Assembly: GCA_951406725.2 (NCBI GenBank) | Contig: OX597835.1 | Span: 34,410,001 to 34,474,000, forward strand | Direction: 5' to 3' | Length of the DNA stretch: 64,000 nucleotides | Source: Octopus vulgaris | Lineage: Eukaryota | In this document: positions 28,520 through 40,921 of the stretch, piece by piece | Numbering within the stretch: position 1 is the first letter of the stretch | Layout: each line of letters starts with the position of its first letter | Made by a program: the position numbers and the translations under genes | The notes under the pieces: generated by a model | Told to the model about the DNA's origin: nothing | Seen by the model: the letters and a program-made list of their open reading frames with translations, nothing else | Databases searched by the model: none

Positions 28520-28524
<5 letters not shown>

Positions 28525-28675
28525 TATGTTTGACTTTTGCTTTACATTTATACAAGTTGGCTCCAAGTCTCACCCAGAGACCTCAAGAGACAACAGGTTG
28601 GAAGTTCTTGTTGTTGTTATGCCTAGTGTGCCATAAATTTGGTTTTGTATTTAGTGTTGTACTAGTGTTGTACTA

Positions 28676-28711
<36 letters not shown>

Positions 28712-29145
28712 TAGTTTTATTTTTATTTTTATAGCGTGCTTTCACTTCACTACCGAGCGCAGCTCTGTGTGCCTTGGGTATGTGCTGTGATTTGTTGTGA
28801 TGCTCTGATGGTTATTGTATGGAAAGTGTTCTGCGTAGGATGTGTGCAGTGCCTAGTAGTGCAATTTTCTGTATGTTATATGTGTTTGTAAGTCCTGGTG
28901 TTTTTGTTATGTATTTGTCTGAATATTTTTTTATCATGCCTAATGCACCTACTATGATAGGAATTGTTTCTGTTTTCAGATTCCACATTCTAGTTACCTC
29001 TATTTCCAGGTCTTTGTATTTTGAGAGTTTCTCCATTTCTTTTAGAGAAACGTTGTCATCAGCCGGTATTGATACATCAATTAGAAAGCATTTTTTTCTT
29101 CATGGTCTCTGACAACTATATCTGGTCTGTTGGCCTTAATTTCTC

Positions 29146-29146
<1 letters not shown>
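28520..29146 (-). mobile_element. 3' end of an R4/Dong-like RLE non-LTR retrotransposon in an (ATT)n tract
   Basis: ANRPDIVVRD...LIDVSIP...EKLSKYKDL...IPIIVGALG...QKIALLGTAHILRR* is the PD-(D/E)xK restriction-like endonuclease C-terminus. Flanked on both sides by (ATT)n. Confidence 0.88.
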
Positions 29147-29184
<38 letters not shown>

Positions 29185-29907
29185 GATTATCTCTAGTGAA
29201 GTGGCGACGATTACGATGGTACCAGTAGTGAATATGACAGTCAGCAGTGGCTGTGCAGCAGGGGTTACAATGAAACGATGCATTTGAAGGCACAAGAAAC
29301 GCACAAAATGCGAGACGAGTTTGAGTGAGTTTTATGTCAATACAAAAAAAAACAAACAAACAAACAAATAAACAAACAAAGCAAAACAAAAGAACCAGCC
29401 AACAATGTAGTTACAGTAAAGTGTCCTTACATATATTACGTCGCCGGATGTGACATTTAGAAATTAGTAAAACACCGGAAACGATCTAGCTTTGACACAC
29501 GACATTCTGACGTGCGCTTGCTACAGACTGTCGCTTAAGTCAAACATAAGTGTGTATTCTCTTTTTCATTCATTTTCAAACAGTTGAGATTGCTGTTGAC
29601 AATGTTATGTCTGCTAATTGCTTCACATATTTATGTAAACCATGTGTTGTCATAAGCCTGGCTGTCGCTTTGTTTCTGTTATATGTTTTTTTCTGCATAT
29701 AGGCACAAAACCTGAAATTAGGCGGTAATGGGTCAGTCATTTACATTGACCCCAATGCTCGGTTGGTACTTATTTTATCGACCCCTGCAAGAATGAATGG
29801 CAAAGACGACTTCGGAGGTATTCGGACTGAGATCATAAAAAATATTTTCTTTTAAGATTACTTACGTATTTTTATAAATTAATTATTTTATCATTGTAGT
29901 TCATTTT

Positions 29908-30013
29908 TAACCCGATGAGTGGCTATATATATATATCGAAGTGATTTTACTACTACTACTAATTGTTTTACTATAATCATTTCTTAAATATAGCCACGAA
30001 ACACATGTCGTTA
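29908..30013 (+). ncRNA. Type I hammerhead motif (U4 changed to C, probably decayed)
   Basis: UAAC-CCGAUGA-GUGGCUAUAU...AUAUAGCCAC-GAAA-CACAUG-UC|GUUA: 10-bp stem II, 4-bp stem I. Confidence 0.65.
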
Positions 30014-30169
30014 TTCTACCAAATATATACGTCTTAATTATTATTTTGCACATTATATAATCATCGGCATATTATTATTATTTTATATTTAATATTTCTA
30101 TTACATGTAATTTTCTACATGGTGTAATTTAAGTGTTCATTTTGAATGGATAAAGGGTGTTTATTTCTA

Positions 30170-30219
<50 letters not shown>

Positions 30220-30375
30220 TTTTACGCTTTTATATATTCCAGTCATCTGACTGTGGCCAAGCTCGAGCACCGCCTTTAGTTGAACAAATCGACCCCAGTA
30301 CTTATTCTATCGGTTTCTTTTGCCTCGTTTGTAAAGCGATGGTGGGGAGCCGGCAAACATACATACCTACATACA

Positions 30376-30508
<133 letters not shown>

Positions 30509-30956
30509 AGGGAGAATTCAAGAAAAAAACAAAAGACGAAGATAGGTGGTGTAGAAAACAAGCAGATGTATTAGTATAACGCTCGGGGATTTCAAAAGTC
30601 TTTAACGTTTAGAACCTACGCTCTTCCTTTGAAAGAAACACAGAAAGAAGCAAGGAGAGAAAAAAATTGTATGTAGTGGCTAGCGATCCATAATGGCGAA
30701 TGCCAGACAGAAGAGTCACACAGAACTAAGAAGTAGGGGAGATAACAAAGTAGTAGTGATCCCCAAACGAAGGTGCGCGTGTGTGTAAGAGAGTACTATG
30801 TGCGTGTGAAAGAGGGCTGTTGATCTTGATGTGTACGTGTGTGTATGTGTAGGTGTGAAAATGTGGGGATGGAATTGGTCAGTGGCGGTGTGTGCGTGGT
30901 GGTGTATTGTGATGTGATGTGTTGTGAGCTATGGTGAAGTGTGGTGTGGTGTGATG

Positions 30957-31015
<59 letters not shown>

Positions 31016-31245
31016 CATATATATATACATACATACATACATACTTACATACATACACACACACACACACGCACACACACATACGATGGACTTCTTTCAG
31101 TTTCCGTCCACCATATCCACTTAGAAGGCTTTGGTCGGCCGAAGGCGATAGTCGAAGAGACTTGCCCAAGGTGCCACTCAGTGGGACTGAATCCCGGAAC
31201 CATTTGGTTGGTAAGCAAGCTACTTACCACACGCCTACTCCTCCG

Positions 31246-31312
<67 letters not shown>

Positions 31313-31319
31313 TCTATAC

Positions 31320-31630
31320 ACCGTGATACACCGTGACTGACCAGGCTATCAGATATTGCTACACATCGCTGGTCACAATGCGCTTCACATTGTTTTAGCC
31401 TTCAAATGACGCTACCTCGCTAGCTAAGCGAGTAGGCCAATAGAAGAAAGAGTGAGAGAAAGTTGTGGCGAAAGAGTACAGCAGGGATCGCCACCACCCC
31501 CTGCCGGAGACTCGTGGAGCTTTAGGTGTTTTCGCTCAATAAACACTCACAACGCCCGGTCAGGGAACCGATTCCGCGATCCTACAACAGCGAGTCTGCT
31601 GCCCTAACCACTGGGCCATTGCGCCTCCAC
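31320..31630 (-). mobile_element. tRNA-derived SINE family 3
   Basis: Head GGAGGCGCAATGGCCCAGTGGTTAGGGCAGC...GGTTTCGATTC. Copies at ~59336-59635 (-) and ~5373-5530 (+), and diverged relatives at ~48745-48950 and ~58868-59070. Confidence 0.8.
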
Positions 31631-31647
31631 ACACACACACACATATA

Positions 31648-31748
<101 letters not shown>

Positions 31749-31799
31749 AAAGGATGGACTTGGTGCTAACTTAACTATCTATTTTTATTATTTTTTTTT

Positions 31800-31874
<75 letters not shown>

Positions 31875-32211
31875 AGTAATTTTTATTAACTTTTATAGCT
31901 TTAGAATTTTATGAACTGTACCACGGATTTAATTATTATTTTTCATCTCCATATGTGTTAGCCCTTTTTTTTTATATAAAAAAAACTATTAGCCAAATAT
32001 GTATAATATCGGTACTTATTAATATTAATATGTACACTGTTATATATTTTGTTTTATTTTGTTCTGTTTACCTTCCTTTTTGTACAAATGTGTATTATAT
32101 TATATAAGTGTAGCATTATGATGTATAAGTTTTTATATTTTATTTTATATTTTTATATTTATATGTTATATGATTATATAATATTTTTCACTATTATAAC
32201 AAATTTAATTT

Positions 32212-32327
32212 AATTCTCTGAAGAGGCCGTGGGGCATCCTTGTTAATGCCTCATTTATACCTGCCTTTATGGCTTATAGGTTAAATGAGGTATGACTGTC
32301 CTCACTGCCGAAACAGCTGTCAGTTTT
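32212..32327 (+). ncRNA. Type I hammerhead ribozyme with long structured stem II
   Basis: CU-CUGAAGA-GGC(CGUGGGGCA..UGCCUCAUUUA..UAAAUGAGGUA..UGUCCUCACU)GCC-GAAA-CAGCUG-UC|AG. Palindromic stem III ACAGCUGU. Confidence 0.72.
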
Positions 32328-32793
32328 GATTTATTTGCATATTATATTTGAAATTTTTTACTTATATCTCTTTATCTTTTTATTTTTACTTTTACTATTA
32401 CTGTATATCTCATTTCATTCTATATATTGCCTTTACTCATATGTAATGGTGTATTAAAGTATGGATTGAGTATCATCGGATAGTTGATGTTTTACTGATT
32501 TAAGTATGTTTCTCCATTCTCTAATTTTGTAGTATTAATTTACGGTAATATTATTACCTTTACCCATTTAATACAATAGATGAACTGATTGCTTGACAAT
32601 TTTTAACATCTATGTATTAATTTTGTTGGGTACCTATCTAGCAGTATATTGGATATATATTATCCCATGGTGGGTTGAATTTTCAACCCCTATCTCATTT
32701 TATAATATACATTATATATATATATATATATATATATATAGCATAATTATATCTCAGAATGAGATTGAAACAGTAATCGCTCGATAATGTAAA

Positions 32794-33271
32794 GTATAGA
32801 AGCCATCTTATCATGGCTAACTATTGGGGAGGGGGTGTTACTGTAGCTTTATAGCCCCAAGAGATCTTCGTCTCTAGCTGGCTTTAGACACAATATCTGT
32901 GTCCTTGGAGTATTTACAAAGGGAGGCCATCCCTTCCTCGCAAGCCTGAGTGATACGCTCGAACTAGTTTCGGGATTGTTGTCCCTCGTCAACGGGCGGT
33001 AACCACCAGGTAGTGATGAAAGTGAAGGCTCCTTTGCAAATATATATAAGTTTTTGTAATGGCGTCTGCCACTGATGTCGAAAAACGAACAGTAAGCAGT
33101 TCGAGCGTATCACACAGGCTTGCGAGGAAGGGATGGCCTCCCTTTGCAAATACTCCAAGGACACAGATATTGTGTCTAAAGCCAGCTAGAGACGAAGATC
33201 TCTTGGGGCTATAAAGCTACAGTAACACCCCCTCCCCAATGTGGTTAGCCATGATAAGATGGCTTCTATAC
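32794..33271. mobile_element. Fold-back element (~172-bp near-perfect arms) with an HHR, PLE-like
   Basis: 32794-32965 is reverse-complementary to 33098-33271, with a 132-nt spacer. Confidence 0.7.
32956..32998 (-). ncRNA. Compact type I hammerhead variant (U3) at the inner end of a fold-back arm
   Basis: Minus strand: CGCCCG-UUGACGA-GGGA caacaa UCCC-GAAA-CUAG-UU|CGAGCG. Confidence 0.55.
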
Positions 33272-33281
33272 ATTATATATA

Positions 33282-33322
<41 letters not shown>

Positions 33323-33948
33323 ACTCTTTTACTTGTTTCAATCGTTTGACTGCGGCCATGTTGGAGCACCGCCTTTAATCGAGCAACTCGATCCGGGACT
33401 TATTCTTTCGTACGCCCAGTACTTATTCTATCGGTCTCTTTTGCCGAACCGCTAAGTAACGGGGACATAAACACACCAGTATCTGTTGTCAGGCAATGCT
33501 AGGGAGACAAACACAGACACACAAACACACACACATACATATATATACATATATACCACGGGCTTCTTTCAGTTTCCATCTACCAAATCCACTCACAAGG
33601 CTTTGGTTGGCCCGAGGCTATAGTAGAAGACACTTGCCCAAGGTGCAACGCAGCGGGTCTGAACCCGGAACCATGTAGTTGGTAAACAAGCTACTTACCA
33701 CACAGCCACCCCTGCGCCATATATATATATATATATATATATATCACGGAAGGGAGAACTTCGAAATAACTTCAAGAAATCACGAAATGTTGAAGAGGGA
33801 TGCTAGAAAGGGTGTGGACGTTATATGTCCGACAAATGTGAATGACCAAGAATTGAGCTAAGATGCGATGTACTTGGGAAAGTCTGCTTTTGCGTGATGA
33901 CCAATAAGTGGCTTCTATTGTTGTTGTTGTTGTGTGGAGTGGGGGTGA

Positions 33949-34020
<72 letters not shown>

Positions 34021-34557
34021 GTGTGTGTGTGTGTTTATAGATTCAGATTAATATGATACTTTGGTTGAGTCACCAGAATTTAGTATGGTATTATCTATAC
34101 AATTTCAAAATAAGGTGAGTAAAAAGCAACAAGGATATCCAGAGGCAATGCAGTACGATCGTTTTATGCGACTCTAATTAATTGAACAATGCAATCATTT
34201 CATTACATCAATTTAAAATGTAGAGTAATCTTTAGCTACACAAAGATATAGAATTTAACAGAGTTACAACTGTGATGTTGTTGGTAAAACATGTTATTTG
34301 TCTATCTCCTTATCCTCTTGGAGATTTTGGGTAAAAATATACTAATGTGCCCTTCAAATTTAAATAAATATTAATAGTGATTATTTTGTTAAATAATTTG
34401 GTAATTATATATTCGAGTATAACTGAGTTAAAGATATTCGAGAGTTTATTATGTTTTTAAAGCCAAATTATATCTTCAATAAGAAAAATTATTATCTATT
34501 TATTTCTTAAATAAATATTGTTTAACTCTATTTGCTTATTTATTTAACTATTATCAT

Positions 34558-34658
34558 TAACCTGAAGATTGACTATAATTTTAAATCGAATTTATTTCAA
34601 TTGAATTTAAACTTAATTGTAATTCGAATTTAATTGTAGCCATGAAACGTACGTAGTG
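34558..34658 (+). ncRNA. Type I hammerhead motif
   Basis: AAC-CUGAAGA-UUGACUAUAAUU...AAUUGUAGCCAU-GAAA-CGUACG-UA|GUG. Palindromic stem III ACGUACGU. Confidence 0.62.
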
Positions 34659-34829
34659 TTTTTACATATTACATTATATATTTATCATTCATTTTATACT
34701 TTTTGAGATCTAGTTATAAGTTATATTTAAAAAAAAACATTATATATATATATATATATATATTGGTTATTTATGTATTGGTTTATGTCTATCACTGTTT
34801 GAGTTTCATAATAGTGGTTTTATCTCTAA

Positions 34830-34911
<82 letters not shown>

Positions 34912-34913
34912 GC

Positions 34914-34948
<35 letters not shown>

Positions 34949-35627
34949 GACAGACAGACAGACAGACAGAGAGCAATAAGAAAATGAAGGAGATCAGCAG
35001 GTGGTTCATCACCTTCTAGACATTATATTATATTATGTTAACTTATTTATTTACTAAAATGACAATTACAAGAATATGCATACATGTATAACATATTATG
35101 CTTTACTTATAAAACATATTAATATATAAGGATACCAGCAATTATTAAAGTTCACATGTCTAAAAGTTGATGAACCACATATTGATACCCTCAAATTCTT
35201 ATTGCTCTATAAATTAATGGTAAAATATTTCTTTACTTTCACCCATTTAGTACACTAGGCAATGTAATTTCAATGCAATAAAAAACACGTGTATTAATAA
35301 TTGAGTATTCTACCAGCAGTATATTGGACAGATATTATCCCTTAGTTGGTTTGATTCACAACCTATAACTTTCTTGGAGTTATATATATATAAATATATA
35401 TATATATAAATATGTATGTATGTATATATGTATATATATATATAAATATATGTATAAGCATATATATATATATATATATACGATAGGCTTCTTTCAGTTT
35501 CCGTCTACCAAATCCCCTCACAAGACTTACATGCTATAGTAAAAGAAACTTGCCCAAAGTGCCGAGCAGTGGGACTGAACCCGGAGCCATGTGGTTGGTA
35601 AGCAAGCCGCACAGCCACTCCTGCGCC

Positions 35628-35687
<60 letters not shown>

Positions 35688-36548
35688 CACACACATACAT
35701 ACATACATACATACATACATACATACTTACATACATACATACATACACAACATACACACATATATATATGAAACGAAACTGCTTCAAATAGGAGGAATCT
35801 CAAATGTCTGATCGTTTAACTTTTGCCTGATTTGTGTGTCACATGTGATACACCGGTCATGTTTCCTATTTCCCCGGCGTCCACGCATCATTTGTGATAC
35901 ACATTCCCTTTCTTCCTTTTTTTTTTTTTTCTTGCTACCACCAGAATAACATAAGACTTATGGCAGGAAAGAATTATATGACTCAGAACGTACAAAACAA
36001 GGACAGGTCCAGAAATCTGAGAAGAAGCACGCGCGTTCAGGACAAAGTTATGAAAATGATTTGAAATATGCAATTAAATTTTTGTTTTAAATCACTGAGC
36101 AATGTTGCCATAATTCGATTAATTTTGGACACTAGATTTACACCAATATTTTCCAAACATTTTTGAGATGGCACCTCCCTGGACACCTAGGCCACATTCC
36201 TAGTGCCCCGTCACACAACTCACCACCACAAACATGGATCACTTTCTGACGCAAATTCAAAATAATCTCCCCAACCGCATGGTTCCGTTGTCCAAGGTGC
36301 AGGACACCTTGGTCAAGTGTCTTCTGCTATAGCTGAAAGAAGCCTGCCACATATATATATATATACATACATATATACATATGTAAGTGTGTGTGTGTGT
36401 GACCGCGTGTGTATCGTTGGCGATTTTCTTTCTCCGTCTTCCCTTCTTGGACCTTTCTTTTTTCTATGTTTCTGACAAAGAGCTCCGCTCGAAACGTTGA
36501 ATCATCCTTATGCGAATAAGGGGTTCAACGTTGGACATATGTCATTTT

Positions 36549-36630
<82 letters not shown>

Positions 36631-36811
36631 GAGAGAGAGTTAAAATTTATAGAAAGACAATAGACGAAGTCAGGTGTATGAACAACAAGCAAGTGTATTA
36701 GTTTGACGCTCGGGAAAATGTAAAAGTCTTTTATGTTTCGAACCTACGCTCTTCAACAGAAAGGGATAAGAGAAAATAAACAGAAAGACAGTGGAAAAGA
36801 CTTGTAGATTT

Positions 36812-36924
<113 letters not shown>

Positions 36925-37157
36925 CGATTTAGCGTCTGTTTTTCAGTATATTGGCAAAGTAAAGTTTCTTTTCTGTTTGCCCTTCTTTATAATTGTATAA
37001 TTTTCACCTTAAAAGGTATTTTTCATATGTTGGCCACTGATGAAATTTTTAAAGAAAATTTAAAATCCTTATATTAGAAGTATATATACATATATAATAT
37101 AAATAATATACATGCATATATATATATACATATATGAACATACATATATACATACAT

Positions 37158-37194
<37 letters not shown>

Positions 37195-37333
37195 TGCATA
37201 TATGGACACAGGACGTCAGAAAACGTAAACGACATGAAATACGAAAATAAAATTGGGTACGCAAACAATGAGAGAAACAAATGGAAAACAAGACAAGCAA
37301 CATAAAAAATGACCCTTCACCAGTTATATATAT

Positions 37334-37800
37334 ATATATTATAATAAATTAGAGACAAAACCACTATTATGCAAATCAAACAAAGAAAGACTTAAGCCAA
37401 TACATAAAATAATTTATATAAATTAAAATTTAACAAATGAATAACCACTACGATCGTTTCGTGTCAGCACATCTTAGACATTCTTCAGGTGGTTTCTAAA
37501 CCTTCTTAGCGAGTTATAAACTATAGTTATAAGACTATGAAGTTTATAACTCGCTAAGAAGGTTTAGAAACCACCTGAAGAATGTCTAAGATGTGCTGAC
37601 ACGAAACGATCGTAGTGGTTATTCATTTGTTAAATTTTAATTTATATAAATTATTTTATGTATTGGCTTAAGTCTTTCTTTGTTTGATTTGCATAATAGT
37701 GGTTTTGTCTCTAATTTATTATAATATAATATTTTACTATAAAATTGGATTCAATCTTAAATCTGATTTTTCCTTGTAAATTTGGATTTATTCCCTAATA
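37334..37800. mobile_element. Non-autonomous Penelope-like element with a perfect ~190-bp inverted duplication
   Basis: Arms ~37334-37522 and ~37541-37727 are reverse complements, each carrying an HHR. The + arm continues to ~37800. Flanked by (TA)n. Confidence 0.75.
37569..37620 (+). ncRNA. Type I minimal hammerhead ribozyme (PLE-type); exact mirror copy at 37443-37494 on minus
   Basis: AACCAC-CUGAAGA-AUGUC..GACAC-GAAA-CGAUCG-UA|GUGGUU: 6-bp stem I, palindromic stem III ACGAUCGU, GUA triplet. Confidence 0.85.
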
Positions 37801-37801
37801 G

Positions 37802-37871
<70 letters not shown>

Positions 37872-38051
37872 GGAGCTTCTACAGGACTAGAACTGTTTCA
37901 TTCAGATAGAATCTTCAGGAAGCCCTGAAGATTTCATCTGAATGAAACAGTTCTAGTCCTGTAGAAGCTCCTTCTATAAAATAAATTACTTTACTCTGCT
38001 ATGTATTGAGTACCTTATTTACCTTGGTTAACCCCGACTCAACCCGGGACC

Positions 38052-38139
<88 letters not shown>

Positions 38140-38508
38140 TATATATATGCATGTTGCCTTCGTACCTCTTTCTCTCTCTCTCTTTGTTTCCTTTGCCCCC
38201 TTTCTTTTCTCTCTCTTCTCTCACGTGACCGCTGGTCAAACTCAGCCTTTTGGCCTCCGACCACTGCCGTGAGAACATCTTTGTCTTCGTCTGCCGATAA
38301 AGGCATTTTTCCAAATACGCCAGCTAAACTTGTTGTACTGTTTATTAGTCGTAAGACACCCGCTGTTTTTGTCCTGTTTTTACCATTATTGTTTTTTTTT
38401 ATTTTATATTCGTGTGGCATCACTCGTTTTTCTGTCCCTGTTTCGTATACATTCGATCCTTCTTCCAAGAAATCTAATGCTCGTAGCTTAGTTTTTCCTT
38501 GGGGCTGG

Positions 38509-38584
38509 CCGGATCGGAGCGATCTCAAGATTAATCAGCCGAAATTGCTAGGATGATCCGGTTCTTGACTGAAGATTGAAGGCT
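38509..38584 (+). ncRNA. Non-circularly permuted hammerhead-like motif, family B
   Basis: CCGGAUC gga GCG-AUC|UCAAGA uuaa UCAGCC-GAAA-UUGC..GAUCCGG u UCUUGA-CUGAAGA-uugaa-GGCU. AUC triplet at 38522-38524. Confidence 0.7.
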
Positions 38585-39036
38585 TCGAATATCCCGTCCG
38601 TGTTTTTTGTATCGTCTTCTAAATGTTTTACGTTCTTGTCCCAGTTTGTATTTTTCTACATATAATATATATATATTTCACCCTCTTTTACCCTCTTTGG
38701 CTTCCTTCCTCTCTATCTCTCTCTCTCTCTCACTCCTCCTCATCTCTCTCACAGCCAGGTCGACGAACTTCCTTTCCTTGGCGGCCTTCTCCAAGTAAAC
38801 ATGTTTCTTCTTGCGCTCGTGAAAAAAATTTTTTCCTCGTCTAGGCTTATAGGCCCTCATTAATTGTGTTCCTATTCTGTTTCTACCCCTTCTTGTACTG
38901 TATATTTTGTAATTGTATTTTTACTTTGTATTTGTTTTTAATTGTATTATTTTAACATCCTGTTTTTGTCACATTTTTTTTCCTTGTTTTTACCCCTCTG
39001 CAAAGGAATTTTATTTAATTCTTTCGCAGGAAGGAT

Positions 39037-39112
39037 TAGTTCGACGAGACGTGTTCTGTCCTCACCTTCGAAACACGCTGGAGTTGAACTAGGGACGGCT
39101 GATGAAGGGGAT
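39037..39112 (+). ncRNA. Non-circularly permuted hammerhead-like motif, family A
   Basis: UAGUUCGAC gaga CGUG-UU|CUGUCC uca CCUUC-GAAA-CACG cugga GUUGAACUA g GGACGG-CUGAUGA-AGGGG. Same strand order as 1172-1250 but with different, still complementary stems. Confidence 0.68.
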
Positions 39113-39404
39113 TTTTCCTTGTATAGTTGTCTTGTACTCTGTTTTTTCGTTGTTAAAGGAATGGTCCGTTCCATGCTGTTTTTACGTTTTTGTTTCTCGT
39201 TGAGTTCTACGTCTATTTGTGGTGTCCTGTACACACGTATATATAATTATATATGCATGTATATATACATGTAGATGTAGGTACGTACATATATGTTTGT
39301 ATGTATGCATATATTTTCTTTATTACACTATTGTATGACTGAGTGCCTTCGCGTCGATTCGATTCGATTCGTTTGGTTTCGTTTCGTTTCTTCTTCTCTA
39401 AGCT

Positions 39405-39507
<103 letters not shown>

Positions 39508-39955
39508 TTGTATGTATACGTGTATATATATATATGTATGTAAGAGAACAAAGTGTGTATATATATATATATACATATAAATACATATATATAATATAGT
39601 TCCTTGTGCTTTAATGTTTGTTTGTATCAAGAAACGTGTATAGATATGACAGAGAGAGAGAGAGAGAGAGTCAGAGAAAGTGAATGAGATTGAGAAAGAG
39701 AGAGAGTGTGTGCGTTTGTGTGTGTGTGTGTGTGTACTGAATGGGAGAGGTGTTGTGAGCAGGATAAAGAGAAAGATAGACAAAAATGTATGGAATGTAA
39801 GTCAGCAACCTAGAAAGAAACGAGTGACTGCCTCACCTTCTAAATGTAAGAGAAAGGACGAGAGACAGACAGACAGACAGGCAGATATGCAGATAGACAG
39901 AGGACATAATTTGACAAATTACATTAATTTTTTACTGTTCTGTAATAAAGACATC

Positions 39956-39995
<40 letters not shown>

Positions 39996-40097
39996 CTGCG
40001 TGTATGTATGTTTGTATGTATGCATGTATATGAGGGTGTGTATGTGTCCGTGCGTCTATATATGTATACGTACATACACATATACATATATGTATAC

Positions 40098-40131
<34 letters not shown>

Positions 40132-40511
40132 CTGCGTGTATGTATGTTTGTATGTATGCATGTATATGAGGGTGTGTATGTGTCCGTGCGTCTATATATG
40201 TATACGTACATACACTGATGCACAGATCCGTGCGCATGCGCGGACACGTTACTGTGTGTGTGGTGTGTTGTCTGGGAATATTATCAACAGGATTGGTAGC
40301 AGTCGCTTGTCAAATTAAGATCACCCCCAACAAAAGTGTGTGTTTGTGTGCGCACGCGTATAGCTGTTACTGAGAATAATTACATATATGTAAATATCTT
40401 ATTTCAGTTCAAGTATTGACTGATTACTCATATGGGTTTTATTTCTGCATCATAAAATTTCATAAATATATATACATATATTTATGTATGCTATGCGTGT
40501 GTATACATTTA

Positions 40512-40640
40512 CATCATCATCATCATTGTTCGACCGTGGTCGAGACAATGGAATTTACCATGTTGCGCCAGACTTCACGGTCCATCATAGCATTACGGAG
40601 GTCCTGTTGCTGGATGCCTGTATCCCTGGAGATTACATTA
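40512..40640 (-). mobile_element. RTE-like LINE 3' terminus
   Basis: ISRDTGIQQQDLRNAMMDREVWRNMVNSIV...* followed by a (TGA)n tail, typical of the RTE C-terminal A-x-DR-x-x-WR motif. Confidence 0.7.
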
Positions 40641-40871
40641 GTCATTTCTTCCTCAGATTTAATTTTCCAATCATCTTTAGGAGTATTTATAGTAAAATTA
40701 GAGTTATCCCGCAGAGAAAATATGGAATCAATTTTCAGTGTCATAGGATTTTCATCCTCTTTCTGACAGATGGATTTTAAATTCCCCAGATCTGATGTAT
40801 ATATCATTATTTTTATCCTTTGCCCTGGTGGCAAATAAATGAAATCATTATTGTTGTTGTTGTTATTGTTG

Positions 40872-40921
<50 letters not shown>

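Larger units (their letters stand above)
38145..39330 (+). mobile_element. Composite non-coding repeat carrying family B and family A permuted HHR motifs
   Basis: Segments are homologous to ~985-1560 (-), ~15400-15620 (+), ~37190-37323 (-), ~41790-42270 (-) and ~63340-64000 (+). Flanked by (TA)n. No credible ORF. Confidence 0.6.

Noticed and set aside
29430-29520. ETS-like (CCGGATGT, CCGGAAA) and TGACGT motifs suggesting a promoter
   Set aside because: Short motifs with no associated exon; not enough to call.
34145-34200. Minus-strand AAAACGATCGTA resembling an HHR 3' half
   Set aside because: GAAA is mutated and no CUGANGA strand is found. At most a decayed fragment.
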